In this document: one piece after another, positions 44,231 through 59,120 of the stretch
How the letters are laid out: each line of letters opens with the position of its first letter
Numbering within the stretch: the first letter of the stretch is position 1
Origin: the human T2T-CHM13v2.0 reference genome, Homo sapiens
Assembly: GCF_009914755.1 (NCBI RefSeq)
Contig: NC_060931.1
Reading direction: 5' to 3' (one strand)
Length of the DNA: 64,000 bases
Made by a program: the position numbers and the translations under genes
Notes under the pieces: model-generated
What the model saw: the letters and a program-made list of their open reading frames with translations, nothing else
What the model was told of the DNA's origin: nothing
Database searches by the model: none

Positions 44231-44529
44231 TTTATTTATTTATGAGACGGAGTCTTGCTCTGTCAGCCAGGCTGTGATACAGTGGCATGATCTTGGCTCA
44301 CTGCAACCTCTGCCTCCAGGGTTCAAGTGATTCTCATGCCTCAGCCTCCCAAGTAGCTGGGGTTACAGGCGTGCAACACCATGCCTGGCTAATTGTTTTT
44401 TTTTTTTTTAGTGGATACACGGTTTCACCATGTTGCCCAGGCTTGTCTCAAACTCCTGACCTCAGGTGATCCGCCTGCCTCAGCCTCCCAAAGTGCTGGG
44501 ATTACAGGCATAAGCCACCGTGCCCAGCC
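44231..44529 (-). mobile_element. Alu
   Basis: Full reverse Alu. Confidence 0.9.
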
Positions 44530-45069
44530 TGTATACTATACTGTGTTTAAGTGTGAACAGTGGTCATTACTGAAAGTTAGACTGATAGATTTTTTCTAAT
44601 TTTTCCTTAAATATTCTATAATATACATGATGAGCTGACCTTATAATCAGTGATTTTTAAAGGTTACCTCTCACTTTCAAATAAAGATGCTGTTGTTTCT
44701 CAGCTTAATCACCTACTTTTTTGCTTCTGTTCAGTATTTTGTCATAAAAACCTGGTTGGACACACCAGATAGCTTCAAAGTGGCCACCTACTTTTTTCAA
44801 TGGATTAGACTCTGAATGATCTCTGGCGACTTTCTAAAATTAAATCCTCTATCAAACAAGGAAATTTCTCATCATTGAGTATAGTCAAAAGAATGATCTG
44901 TAGACTCCAGAGGAAATTCTAAAAAAAGTTTCATAAATCTATTAATTAAAAGGGGTTTTGTTTAATGGAAGCATTATTAGTTCATAGTTTTTCTTTATTG
45001 AAGGAAGAAATTACTTTGATGGGTAAATGCTGGAAAATGTTTTTTTAAATTACTTAAGTTACTATGTAA

Positions 45070-45462
45070 CATTTTTGTTTTTAACTGACATATAGTAATT
45101 TTTCATATGTGGGGTACAGTGTGGTGTTTCCATATACATATACATTGTGTAATAATTAAATCAGGGTGATTAGCATATTCATTACATTGAACACTCATCA
45201 TTTCTTTCTGGTAAGAACAATCAAAATCCTTTCTTCTAGCTCTTTTGTAGTATATGATACATTATTGTTAACTATAATAACTCTATTGTGCAATAGAACA
45301 CTAGAGCTTATTCTTCCTAACTGTAACTCTGTACCTGTTCACCAATCTTTCCCCATCCCCACCTCACTCCTATTCTCCTGTCTCCAGGAAACTACTATTC
45401 TACTCTCTACTTCTGTGATACCAACTTTTTTAGATTCTACATGAGTGAGATCATATGATATT
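45070..45462 (-). mobile_element. L1MA-like 3' end followed by a short Alu fragment
   Basis: GGGGTACAGTGTG...TTTAGATTCTACATGAGTGAGATCAT is a typical reverse L1MA 3' UTR. Confidence 0.7.
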
Positions 45463-46235
45463 TGCCTCCCAAAGTGCTGGGATTACAGATCGGAGCCACC
45501 ATGCCATGCCCTAAAATACATATGGCTTCCTGTGTTTGCCATTGCTCCAGGGTTCTATGTGTACATAATCAGTTTTATTTCTTAATCATTTGAGAGTAGG
45601 TTGCATACACTTTCTGCCTTTATCTCTTATTTCTTCAGTATTTATTCTGTAAAAATAAGATACTTTTCTTACAGAACCACAGTGCAAAAAAAAATTCAGT
45701 AAATTTTAACATAGATACCATAATTTTATCTTTATACTCCAACTTCTTAGGTTGTCTCAATAGTCATATATATGTGTGTGTGTGTGTATGTATATATACA
45801 TATATATGTGTGTATATATATAAATGACTATATATATATATACATAAATATTTTTTCCCAGTACAGCATTCAGTCCAGGAATGTGTATTGCATTTAGCAA
45901 TGCACCTTTAATTCTCCTGGAACAGTTCTTCAACCTTTGTTTTGGAAAGACGTTATCATTGATGAAGAATACAGACCAGTTACTTTGGAGAATGTCCCTA
46001 GATATACATCTGTTTCCTCATGATTAGCTATTCAGGTCATGTGTTTTTGTCTGGGGTACCACATGAGCAATATGTCCTTCTAAGTGTAAAACATCTGGAG
46101 TTGTAGTGATTGTATGTTGTCCTTTGGTTAAGGTATGGTCTTGTTTTTCCAATATGTAGTTATATTTTTAAAAAAATTTATGTGAAGATGCTTGGAGGCT
46201 ATGTAAGTATCCTGTTGATCATCAAGCACTCCCCA

Positions 46236-46238
46236 GCG

Positions 46239-46290
<52 letters not shown>
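46236..46290. repeat. (GC)6(AC)n alternating purine-pyrimidine tract
   Basis: Read directly. Confidence 0.95.
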
Positions 46291-46291
<1 letters not shown>

Positions 46292-48287
46292 GTAGGTTTA
46301 GCATACATTGATTACTCTTGCATGAATCAGTTTTTTATTTAATTGTTGCAAAATGGTGATTTTCTAATTCAATGTTTCATTCTCTGTTTATTAGTTGACA
46401 TTCTACTGAAGGAAAATCTTTCACTTACTTCCCTTTCCTTGTGTACTGAAAAATTTGTTTTCTTTAAAATGAAGCTAAAAGTTATGAGCATGGACCTATG
46501 GGTTTGTATTTTTTTGAATGGGTTATTAGCTATTATCCTTAGTTATTTGGGTCCTCAAATTGCCCTGGGCTAGGCCAGTGGAATTGTCCTCAAGATGGCT
46601 CTTATGTTGTTTTGATCTAGCTTGATTTTTTTTTAGACACTTTTGAATTTGCCAACACAAGACATCCCAGGATCATAGTGAATCTCCCCTGCTCCAGCCT
46701 TGGAGTCAGCCATTTATCCAAGAAACTTTGGTTTCTCTCAGTAGGGAATGATAGTTAGATCCTGTGGCACATATCTTTTTATGCAAAAATGTTATTATTG
46801 CTCGTGACTCTTTGAGAATTGGTTTGAACTTCAAAAGAGGTTAAAACGTTTTCACTTAAGTATATACAATTTTCTAATTATAGAAAGGATATGCATTTAT
46901 TTTACAGAAAATATAGACAAGTATAGGTAAGAAGAATAAGAGGTGCCTTGAACCCACTACTCATGTTGACCACCATTGGACGTAAATGTATTTTACATAG
47001 CCAAGATCACATCATGTATATAGAATATTGCATTTTGCTGTATCTACATAGCATGTCATTGTTTTCTCAAAGTCATAGAAATTAACATTTTTAAGTCACA
47101 CATTGTATATTAAAATTTCTCTTTTCTTTCTTGTTTTTGTTTCCATTGATGCAATATCCTAAAGTAGAAAAAGTTTGTCTGCTGGTGTTGAGCTTCTTTT
47201 TCTGCTCTCTTTAAAACCCATATTCTTGCCTATCCTCTGCCCTTCCACTAAATTGCATAAGATGTAAAATTACCAATTTCAGAAATAAATTGTTAGTATC
47301 AGAGACTGGGAAACATGTATTTTGTACATTCTAACTGTACTTTTGGTTTGAGATATGACTATCTAGTGATAAACTTTTTTTTTTCTAAAATTTGACACCA
47401 GTGTTTGGCAAATACGAGTAAGTAGTTCAATAAAATATGTGCTTAGTTGCCACTGGTATGTTCAGATCTGGGTGCAAAATTTTCAGCCCTTGAGAGCAGG
47501 GACCACCTCTGGCTTTGCTCACCATTGTTTCCTCTCTACAGTAGGGTTTCTCAACCTCAGCACTTCACTGACATTTCAGACCTAAGGGTCTTAACGTATC
47601 GAGAGCAGAAGTTTTAGGGCATTTTGTTAAAGTACCCTGAAACATTATATTTGAGGGACGGGTTTTCTAAAAGCCAAAGTATGCTACAATGTGGGTAGTG
47701 TATATGTGTTTGTGTCTTCAGAGTGTTGAAAGACCTAAGAATGACATCAGTAAAATTAGACCATCTGGAAGATTGAATGAGCTGGCTAGCCCTTGGGGGA
47801 AGGGCAGGGCCTGGGAGATAACCCATCTGGGGAAAGTGCAAGGGCCCAGAGGAAGGAATGCACATGCCTTAAGGGACCTCTTAGAAAAGTAGAATTGCAG
47901 TAACTAGAGACCAGGAAGTGATTCCTAGAATGAAAGGATTTTAGGAATTAATTTATACTTCTTAAAAGTTTTTGAAAATAGCTTCACTGAGATAAAGTAA
48001 GTGACATTGTGTAGTTGCCTTAATTTGTTTCTACATGGATATTTAAAATGTAATTTTTGTAATATTTTTATTTTTATTTAAAAGGAAATTTTAAAAACAA
48101 GCATTCAAGCATTTACAACTTAGGTCTTCTAATTAGTTTAAGGTGTAAAGTAGTTTTGGAAGTATTATAATAAAATGAAAACTTTCTCATGGTGCCTTTA
48201 TGTTTTCTGAAAGGAGATTTGCATTAACAGCTCTAAGGGAAAAATAAGGTCAAATGCTCTTTTTTCTAATATAAAAATATTGCTGTC

Positions 48288-48593
<306 letters not shown>

Positions 48594-49530
48594 TTATATG
48601 TTGCTGTCATTTCCCTATTCCTTTCATTCTTATCCTGAATAATATAAAAGAATAAAAATAACTTAAAAAAAAAAAGCATTAAACAGGATCAGGTGAGGAA
48701 TCCCAGCAATTTGGGAGGCTGAGGCAGGAGGACTGCTTGAGCTCAAGAGTTCGAGACCAGCCTGGGCAACATGGCGAAACTCTTAAAAACTAAAAAAAAA
48801 CAATAAAAAAAGTATATTCTCCTCAAAAATGTATATATTTTCCAGTGAAGAACTTTAATGGTGGACTCTTTACTTGTGCCAACTATCTACCTTATAAAGA
48901 GTTATTAAAGCCCAAATAACTCGTGTCATGTTTTGAATTTTAATTTTTTTTCAATTATTATAAATACTACAACTTTCATAGTATTTGTTAGTAATTAAGC
49001 TTTTTGTACTGGCTGAGTGATTTTGAGTAGGCAGAGGCTGTTACAAAATCATGATAAGGATATTAAACAAGCTAATGTTATTTCAGGCAACAAATTGTAT
49101 AGTGTTATTATAGGCATATAGTTAGTTTGTTGCTTAGAGTGTCAATAATTTAAACTTTTAGAACCAACTTAATTATTTTTTGTTTCTTTGGAGAGAATGA
49201 TAATACAATGTTATCAACCCAAAAGATTCCTAGATTCCTTTATTTTCTGTAAAGGATTTTATGTTACTTGTTCTTTTAATTTTAGCATTAATGGAAAGGA
49301 AAATGTTGTATAGTTATGGGTAATTTTTAAAGTTTATTTTAATAGTAGATAATTTTACTCATTTAAAATATAGAATAAAAGGTAATTCTTGAAACTTGTT
49401 ATTAAATACAAAGTACTTCATGAGAACACTGCAGTGAAGTGTCTCAATTTTATTGAGTTTTGTGTGTTGTTATTATATCTTTATGAAACGTTTTATACTT
49501 TGGGAATGATATTGTTGCCCTATAATTTTT

Positions 49531-49869
49531 GTTTTTATTTTTTTATTTTTTTTTTTATTATACTTTAAGTTCTAGGGTACATGTGCACAACGTGCAGGTT
49601 TGTTACATATGTATACAGGTGCCATGTTGGTGTGCTGCACCCATTAACTCGTCATTAACATTAGGTATATCTCCCAATGCTATCCCTTCCCCCTCCCCCA
49701 CCCCACAACAGGCCCCTTCCTGTGTCCAAGTGTTCTCATTGTTCAGTTCCCACCTATGAGTGAGAACATGCGGTGTTTGGTTTTTTGTCCTTCAGATAGT
49801 TTGCTGAGAATGATGGTTTCCAGCTTCATCCATGTCCCTACAAAGGACATGAACTCATCCTTTTTTATG
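49531..49869 (-). mobile_element. 5'-truncated primate L1PA 3' end
   Basis: TTATACTTTAAGTTCTAGGGTACATGTGCACAACGTGCAGG signature. Perfect 19-bp TSD TTGTTGCCCTATAATTTTT (49512-49530, 49870-49888). Confidence 0.95.
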
Positions 49870-49907
49870 TTGTTGCCCTATAATTTTTAGACTCCAAAGT
49901 CTTTTTT

Positions 49908-50111
49908 CCACCTTGGGCAACATGGGGAAACCCTGTCTCTATCAAAATATATAAAAAATTAGCCGGGCCTGGTAGTGTGCCTGTAGTCCTAGCTACTTGG
50001 GAGGATCTTTTGAGCCCACGTGGTCGGGGCTGCAGTGAGCAGATATCACACCCCTGCATTTTAGCCTGGGTGACAGAGCGAGACTCCATATTTAAAAAAA
50101 AAAAAAAAAAA
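49908..50111 (+). mobile_element. Partial Alu (J-like)
   Basis: Right arm and poly-A tail. Confidence 0.85.
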
Positions 50112-50334
50112 GGTCTTTTTTTCCTAAAGTCTTAAACAGTATTGACTGCACACAGAGTGTTACTTTGGAATGTGGTAAGTTTTCTTTTTTCCTCACTCTA
50201 GCCACCTGGCTTTGAAATTTGTGCAGACTACTCTTCGAGCTACTTTATTTGAAAAATATTAATTAAAAATTTCTATTCTTTAGATGTATTTTTATCTTTG
50301 TATCAAATTTAAGTGTTTTGGGACATAAGAATTG

Positions 50335-50756
50335 CACAGCCTAACATAAGTAACCATTAGCCACACTGTTTAAATTTAGTTAATGGAAATAAAATAAAAT
50401 TAAACATTTATTTGTCTAGTCACTAGCCGCATTTCAAGGGATCAGTAGTGGCTACTATATTAGATAGTGCTGATAGAGAACGTTTCCATCATCACAGACA
50501 CTTCTATTGGATACAATGCGCTAGAATAGGAGTTCACAAAGGACCTCCTGGGGGTCCAATCTGATCCACCACTTGTTGTGTTAATATGAAGTTTTACTGG
50601 AATACAGCCATGACCATTTGTTTGCATATTGTCCATGGCTGCTTTCACACTGTAACAGCAGAATTGAGTGGTTGGAACAGAAACCTTATATCCCTCAGAG
50701 AGAGTAAAATATTTTTATTTTATTTCTTTACAAAAAATGTTGTGTTCCCTGCTTTA
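50335..50756. mobile_element. Adjacent MER3/33-like and MER58-like hAT remnants
   Basis: TTTCCATCATCACAGA..TTCTATTGGA and GTTTTACTGGAATACAGCCA motifs. Confidence 0.6.
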
Positions 50757-53700
50757 GAGTATATATGCTCATAAAGTTGTTTGAATAACATATGCATAGC
50801 ACATGTTAGTAATATAGCATGTTACGTAAGGCAGGTTATCATAGTTCAAAGATGAGTCATACCAGAACAGTCAAAAATAGAATCTAAGACCAAAGTGCTG
50901 GATAATTAGACAGGAGCAGTCATTCCCTTGTAGGGACAACTAGAAGGTAAGTCCTCTGGTAGATCAGTTTCTTTCCAAAATGGAGAGAACTAAAGAAGAG
51001 TCCCAGGTAAGACTGATCAGTCTACATCGAAGGTGCTAATCCACTTAAGGTGGGCTGGGTAACTGGAAGGATTAGTGCACAGTTGCTATGAGATGCATCT
51101 GTGCCAGTGTGGCTCATTGTCACACCTGGGCCCAGAGTCTCATTGCAAGTTAAGGGACCGAATTTGAAAAAGATGCTAGGACAGTTAGAAGATTAACAGA
51201 CTGAGGTAGGTAACAGAAATAAATGTAATAGGTTAGACCTAAAAACCTTTCAATTTACACTTAAAATAGGAATTTATGCAAAAGTGTTCGATTCATTAAT
51301 ATAGTATCAAGTTTCTAAATATTTGATTGATTGGATCATTTTAGTATTCTTATCGCCTTCTTTTACCTTGTGGAGTATCCAAGAAATGTAGTCTCTTAGG
51401 TGACATGTGAAATACTTAAGTCCATTTTGTTTACCATTTCACATACAATTTTAATATTATTTTAAACCATGGAACTGTTCCATTTTGGTAGAATATGTGT
51501 GTATTTTGTGTGTGGCTTATAGTTTTTAAAACAGAAGCCAAATTGTCATGATGCATAGGTTGTACCACCATGGGGATTTGTCTCTGAGGATACTGTTAAA
51601 CTTTTATTTTTTTAAACTTAAGTATTTTTAGTTATTAGATTTGAAAATACATTGTAGGGCAGTGTACTAACAGCCTTTGACATTGGCCTAATAGAACTGT
51701 CTTTGTTATCTTCCTAGGTTGAAGCGAGCAGTTTCTTATTCAAAGTGTCCTTGCTTCTCTTAGGCCAGGGCTTTTATAAGGGCTCAGTGAGTACCTTATA
51801 AAGGCTGACCCTTACTGGAGCAGATTATAGTGTAGCATGAAGAGCTAAATTTAGAGGGAAGTGGGGCCTCTGCTCCAAATAGTAACAGCTAAAGGATAGA
51901 CACTCTTGGAGAGCAGAATATCTTTATTTAGTCTGTCACCACCAGTGGGTGAGTTTTTGTTTGTTTGTGTTAATTTTGGGTGTTATACCAAAGTCTTTGC
52001 ATACATTTTTATGTTTACATGTTATCATGTGTTTCTCCACATGGAATGTATCGAGGGTATGAAAAGTAAGCCCACATACCTGGGTTATAAAGAAACAAAC
52101 TTTTATGCTTAGAAAGGAAGTAAGTATAAAAGCTAAACATTTGAAAATAGAGTAATTCTTTCATATGCTGTGTTTCGTGGTACTTCTCCATTAACAGAAA
52201 AAAGAAAAACAAGGTGCAAAGAGTTAATTAGGGAATTCCATGAGTTTGTGTTCTAAACCCCAAAACAAAACTTTTAGGAAGGACTCACACTTTAGAATTT
52301 TTGAAATTACAAATTAAAAACCATTTTTAGCCTGGCACAGTGGTGTGCGCCTGTAATCCTAGTTACTCAAGAGGCTGAGATGAGAGAATTGCTTGAGTCC
52401 AGGAGTTTGAAGTCACCCTGGTCAACATAGTAACACCCTCATCTCTAAGGAGGTAGAGAGAGAGAAAAAAGGAAGGAAGGAAGGAGAGAGAAAGAAAAAG
52501 AAAGGACGGAAAGAAAGAAGAAAAACATCTTTGGCAGAGAAGTCTGCTGGAGAGATTTCTGTCCAGTTGAGCTACATTCTTTTTGCATCTTGGTACAAGA
52601 CCCAACACCCAAATTCTTGACACATATTTTTCTTTGCTAACACAAATATATTTTGTATAATATTTGTGTTTGGGAGATATGGAGACAATAATATGTATAT
52701 CATCATCACTTTTGCAACAATAAAGTATTGGCTGATTCAGAGTGAATCTGTTTATAATGCCAGCAGGAAAGTTTCTGAATGAAACTTTTGCAGTGAATAT
52801 AAATGATGCATTAGAAGCTCTATTTTCAAAATCCATCAAATGAAATGGGAATTCATTGATTAAGTTTATAGCATTTGTAATGATTTCGATATGTTGCTGT
52901 TGCCCCCATACACATAAGCAATCAATTACTTTATTCTTACACTGGTCTGTGTTTCTACTGTTTGAACTATTACATTGTGTTGCAAATGTTTGAATTTTAT
53001 CCTTCCTAGTGAGTTTCTCGAGGGCATGGATTCTGGCTTAATAACCTTTGTATCCCCAAGCGTGATGTATTAAGTTCATTTTACTTTATAGGGTTGGCAA
53101 AAATTATTTCTCAAGCCATGTAATTACTTTTTTTGTTTTATGTGACTTTTGATTAGTTTCTTTTCTAAAAAAATGATTAACTTGAAGTTTTCAATAATAA
53201 ACAGATTTTTTATTATGTGAAGCTACAAGTTTCTCTTTTATGTGTAAGAAGGAAAATTTGGTACATAAATAATTTTTTCATGTTCTTAAGGATTTTTTAA
53301 AAAAAACTTTTGGGAGTAATTAAATTACTTGAATAATGTAAATTTTTTATTGTTTGATGGTATAAGTAATTAAGGAAATCTAGACATTTCCAAATGAATA
53401 TCTAAAAGCTTTGGAAGGTAATTAAATAATTTGCTTGAATAATGCATGTTATATTGAATGTTTGGACTTCATAATTGAAGCAATCTAGACATATTTTCAG
53501 TTTATAATATTTAAGTCAGCAAGCATATTCTCAGTTTTTAAGAAGTCTTGTGGAGCAGGCCTTACATTTTTTCAAAGATAATATATTGCAATTTTTAAAT
53601 TGTGTATTAAATCCAGTAAAATAGTATAAAGTACTCAAATCCCTGTCCATTAAGGTAAACCAAAAAGATAAAAAATCTATTAACAGTTTCTTGTAGCCTT

Positions 53701-54724
53701 CTTAAATTGTTATTGCATAGAAAACCATATATTCTATACACCCTCCTTTTAACCAAGTACTTTACATTCTTTTATTCAGCTTGCTTTTTTCCACTATCAA
53801 TATCCCTTGAGCATCTTTCCGTAACAGTCCAGCAACTTATTTGAAAAGTATTTATTATATGTTTATACTTTGCTCAATATAAAAGATACAGAATGGAGGA
53901 GCTAAAGGAGCTCTATGGAATAAAAACCTACAAGGTTCCTGTCCTAGTGGAGGTTACACTCATGGAGGGTATAGACCCCAGACAAAGAGATAATAATAAA
54001 ATGGCAGGCACTGCTAAAGAAAAACAAAGCCAAGTAAGGAGAGCTAGTGACAACAGGCCACTTTGGTGGAGATGGTCAGAGAAGACCTCCATTTTCAGGG
54101 AGGCATTTGAATGATTGCAAGGAGATAGCCATGTGGACAGCTGGGGACGATCTTTCCTGAAAGAGAGGCAGGAACAGAGCCTCAGAAGCCAGACCTTATC
54201 TGGCCTATTGGAAGAACAACAAAGAGATCAATGTGACTGGAACTCAATGAGCGATGAGAAGAGATGTGTATTGAACATACATATACCGTCAGAAAGGTAG
54301 CCAGGATCAGAAATGTGGTACAGTTAGATCTAATTCTTGCTTTCATAAAGCTTCGTGGTGTTCCACTTGGTGCCTAAATTATAACTTATTTGAGGACATT
54401 TCATGTTCCATTTTTTATGTATACAACAATGCTGCAACTAAATCCTTTTACATATACAAGTATATTTGCATTCTTGTGTGAATATAGCTACAGGATAAAT
54501 TCCTGGTAGAGTACTGCTGGACCAAGGTTATGCCCATGTAAATGTTTATAGTAAATACTCACCAAAATTTTCCTCAAAGTATTTCATGGAGTTTAACCTT
54601 TACATCAAAGTTGGTGTCTGTGGTTGTTTTTCCTATGTCCTTTGCCAACACTGAGTATTAGTAAACTTTAAAATTTTTGCTAGTCCAAGTTAAAATTAGA
54701 TCTCATTTTTAAAAGTGTATTTAT

Positions 54725-55013
<289 letters not shown>

Positions 55014-55137
55014 GAGGCATATTCAGTAATGAGTGAGGTTGAACATATGTTCAACCAAACTTATTGGCCATATGTTTTCCATATAAACTGCTTATCTGAA
55101 ATACATAATCTTTATTTTCTTTGTTTTCAGAAATTTT

Positions 55138-55195
55138 ATGAATAAGCATCAGAAGCCAGTGCTAACAGGCCAGCGGTTCAAAACTCGGAAAAGGG
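55138..55195 (+). CDS. BZW2: BZW2 first coding exon (exon 55131-55195; MNKHQKPVLTGQRFKTRKR-); gene continues beyond the window
   Basis: Acceptor TTTCTTTGTTTTCAG| at 55130, ATG at 55138, donor GGG|GTAGGT. KP-L-GQRFKTRKR is the conserved BZW/5MP N-terminal motif. Confidence 0.95.
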
Positions 55196-55201
55196 GTAGG
55201 T

Positions 55202-55223
55202 TGTGTGTGTGTGTGTGTGTGTG
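55202..55223 (+). repeat. (TG)11 directly after the BZW2 exon 2 donor
   Basis: Read directly. Confidence 0.95.
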
Positions 55224-55767
55224 TTTAAAGTTGTAACCAAAATATAAGATTGGAGAAGAATCTGAATGATCCCTGTTTCCCCCAGCCTCACTGATTCTAC
55301 TCATTTGAGCTCTGAGTGTAGAATCTGAAGTGCTTTAGTGAAACCATAGAACTGCCAGTTACTTGTTGGACAAGTTATTTAATTTGCCTGTGCTACTTGT
55401 TTTCATCTACAGAATGGGATAGATATCTCTGTTCAGGTTGTCTTAGGAGGTTATGAAGGCAATTGATAAATTTTACTGGTTTTGACATTAGCATTGTATT
55501 TGGTTTTTGCTTTCTTTGTCGTTTTATGAAAACGTTGATGGCAAAGATGATAAAATGAAAAGTAAATTAGGAAGTGAGATATTGAAGAGTTTTTTAATTT
55601 TTCAGAAATGAAGAAGTCAAAATAAATCTACTGCCCTAAATTCCCCTTAAAAACCATATTTTCAAGTGTCTTCAATTGTGGTAAGAGTAGTTATAGACCC
55701 ATTTTGATGATGACTGGTAAAATTTCTATTTGTGTGAGTGACTGTTTTTTTATAATGTTCATCTTAG

Positions 55768-56608
<841 letters not shown>

Positions 56609-56694
56609 AAGAATATTTTAAACATGATTTTATATTTAGTCAGTTTTGCATAATTATATAGAGGTCCTCTTGGATGTAAGAATAGCTGAACTGG

Positions 56695-56998
56695 GGCCAG
56701 GCGTGGTGGCTCATGCCTGTAATCCCAACACTTTGGGAGGCCGAGGCGAGTGGATCACCTAAGGTTGGGAGTTTGAGACCAGCCTGACCAACATGGAGAA
56801 ACCCAGTCTCTACTAAAAGTACAAAATTAGCCAGGCGTGGTGGCGCATGCCTGTAATCCCAGCTATTCTGGAGGCTGAGGCAAGGAGAATCGCTTGAACC
56901 CAGGATTGGGAGGTCAGTGAGCCGACATTGCACCACTGCACTGCAGCCTGGGCAACGAGTGAAGCTCCATCTCAAAAAAAAAAAAACAAAAAAAAAAA
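56695..56998 (+). mobile_element. Alu (S-type)
   Basis: Full length; TSD-like GCTGAACTGG. Confidence 0.92.
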
Positions 56999-58818
56999 CG
57001 CTGAACTGGAACTCAATAGGGAAACTTTTTCAAAGAGGAAACATGATGTGAGTGATTAAATTAAATAAAGTTGAAGGGAATTACTGAAAAATATTTAAGG
57101 AAGTATGTATAAAGGTAAAAGATGTTGGAGCAGAATCACATGTAATGATCTTGCAGGACTAAATTATCTCTTTAATAACTGACTTTATATGCCTTTGGCA
57201 GTCAGTGCTAAGCAGCCTGTGTTCTCTTGCAGTGCTGTCTCCATTTAAGTAACAAGTCTAGTCACGTAGACGGAAAAGAAATTGCAATATAATAGATCAT
57301 TTGGATCAGAAGAGTTTGTAAGAGTCACTAGGAAGCAGTAAGACTGAATTTAACTGTGTGCTATCTGCTGGGAAGCTTCATGTTCAAAGTAAAATATAAA
57401 AATTAAAAAAAATTCAAGTGACCGGAAAATAGTTACTTTGTACAGTTTTTCTGTTTTGCACTCTCCCTTTTCTATTTTTTTCATTTCTGGCCTATCCGCA
57501 TGAGAAGAATAAGTACAAGTATAGCCTGAGCCACTTCTCTATTTAGTCCTCATCTTACTCTTACAAATTGTGCCCCACTACATTGCCCCTTGCCATCTGG
57601 AAGCAGATATCAAACACAAAGTGCTAACCAGAATTCATTGTCTTATTGTTTAAAGCAGTCTTGGAAAAAAGGACATGGATGATTTTAAAAGGATTTATCA
57701 GTAATGACCAATATAGTTCAGAAACCTAATTACAGTGAAGGTATTGTGGAGCCTAGTAATGTGATAATAGCTAATATATGCCCAGCTATGAGGCACAGAA
57801 ACGTTGGCTATTGCCTGCCGCTGGGGGATCGTGTTAATCTCAGAGCTGGATCTCCACCTCAAGCATCTTTATTAGTGTGACGCTAATTCACTGGAACTGA
57901 GCTCAAGAGAGGGCCTCAGAATGTGTTGCACAACAGCAGACGTGAGTCAGCGAGTAAACTGGCCCTTACGTTTGTCTTCAGTTAAGAACCAGAAAGTTTT
58001 CTCTCCTTCAGAACCGGTTTGCCTCTGAATCACTTGGTGGTCAAGATTGTGCTGTTGGAGTGCTCAGGGAGAGCCACTGAGAAATATATATTATTTGCCA
58101 GTTGATCTAGATTCATATAACTCATATCTCTTGGGGATTGAAGCAACACTTGAGCCATTTTGTGCCAAACTCCTGATGGGGGAATAAAAATTGAGTCAAC
58201 TTCATTTTCTGCTCTTCTTAGTAGTGAAACGCCTCCTGATGATTTCTCATCCTTAACTTTTCTTTGCTATTATGAAGGGGCTGACATCAAATAAGTGATT
58301 AGCAATTTTGTAGAGCTGGGGAAAATTACTACTGAGGATATTTCAAGGTCCTTGTGATAGGCTGTTTTCTGAAGATAGGTCTTCACTTTGAAACATTTCC
58401 TAGCAAAGCCAGTGCTCCTGCATGCCAAGTTAGTATGACAATGTATTTCTTATTGCATTGTCGTTACTGCTTAGCATTAAAATACAAACGTCATGGCAGG
58501 ACACATTATATAATAGAACTCTAATCAGATTCTCTTTTCCTTTATGAAACACATCTCACTTATGATATATTCTCCAAAGTAATTATGTTTTTTCCTGTGA
58601 CTTGTGAAAATCTGAAAAGATGAAAATTTCTCCCATGAGCAATTGGATTATGCTTTGCTAAATGAAACATTTAATAATCAAACTGTTCTTTCTGTACATT
58701 TTTAGAAAAATTGGATTACAATTAGTGAAAACAAGAGAGAGAAAAAAAGGCCAAACTGCAGGCATTCAGCATGACCATGTGCTCAGGTTTCTCCCTGAGA
58801 CTTTAGCTCTGTAAATAA

Positions 58819-59120
<302 letters not shown>

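Noticed and set aside
52363-52839. 158-aa minus-strand ORF and an 11-bp hairpin at 52639-52670
   Set aside because: The ORF has no recognisable homology and ends in a purine repeat and an Alu monomer. The AT-rich hairpin is too short for a pre-miRNA.
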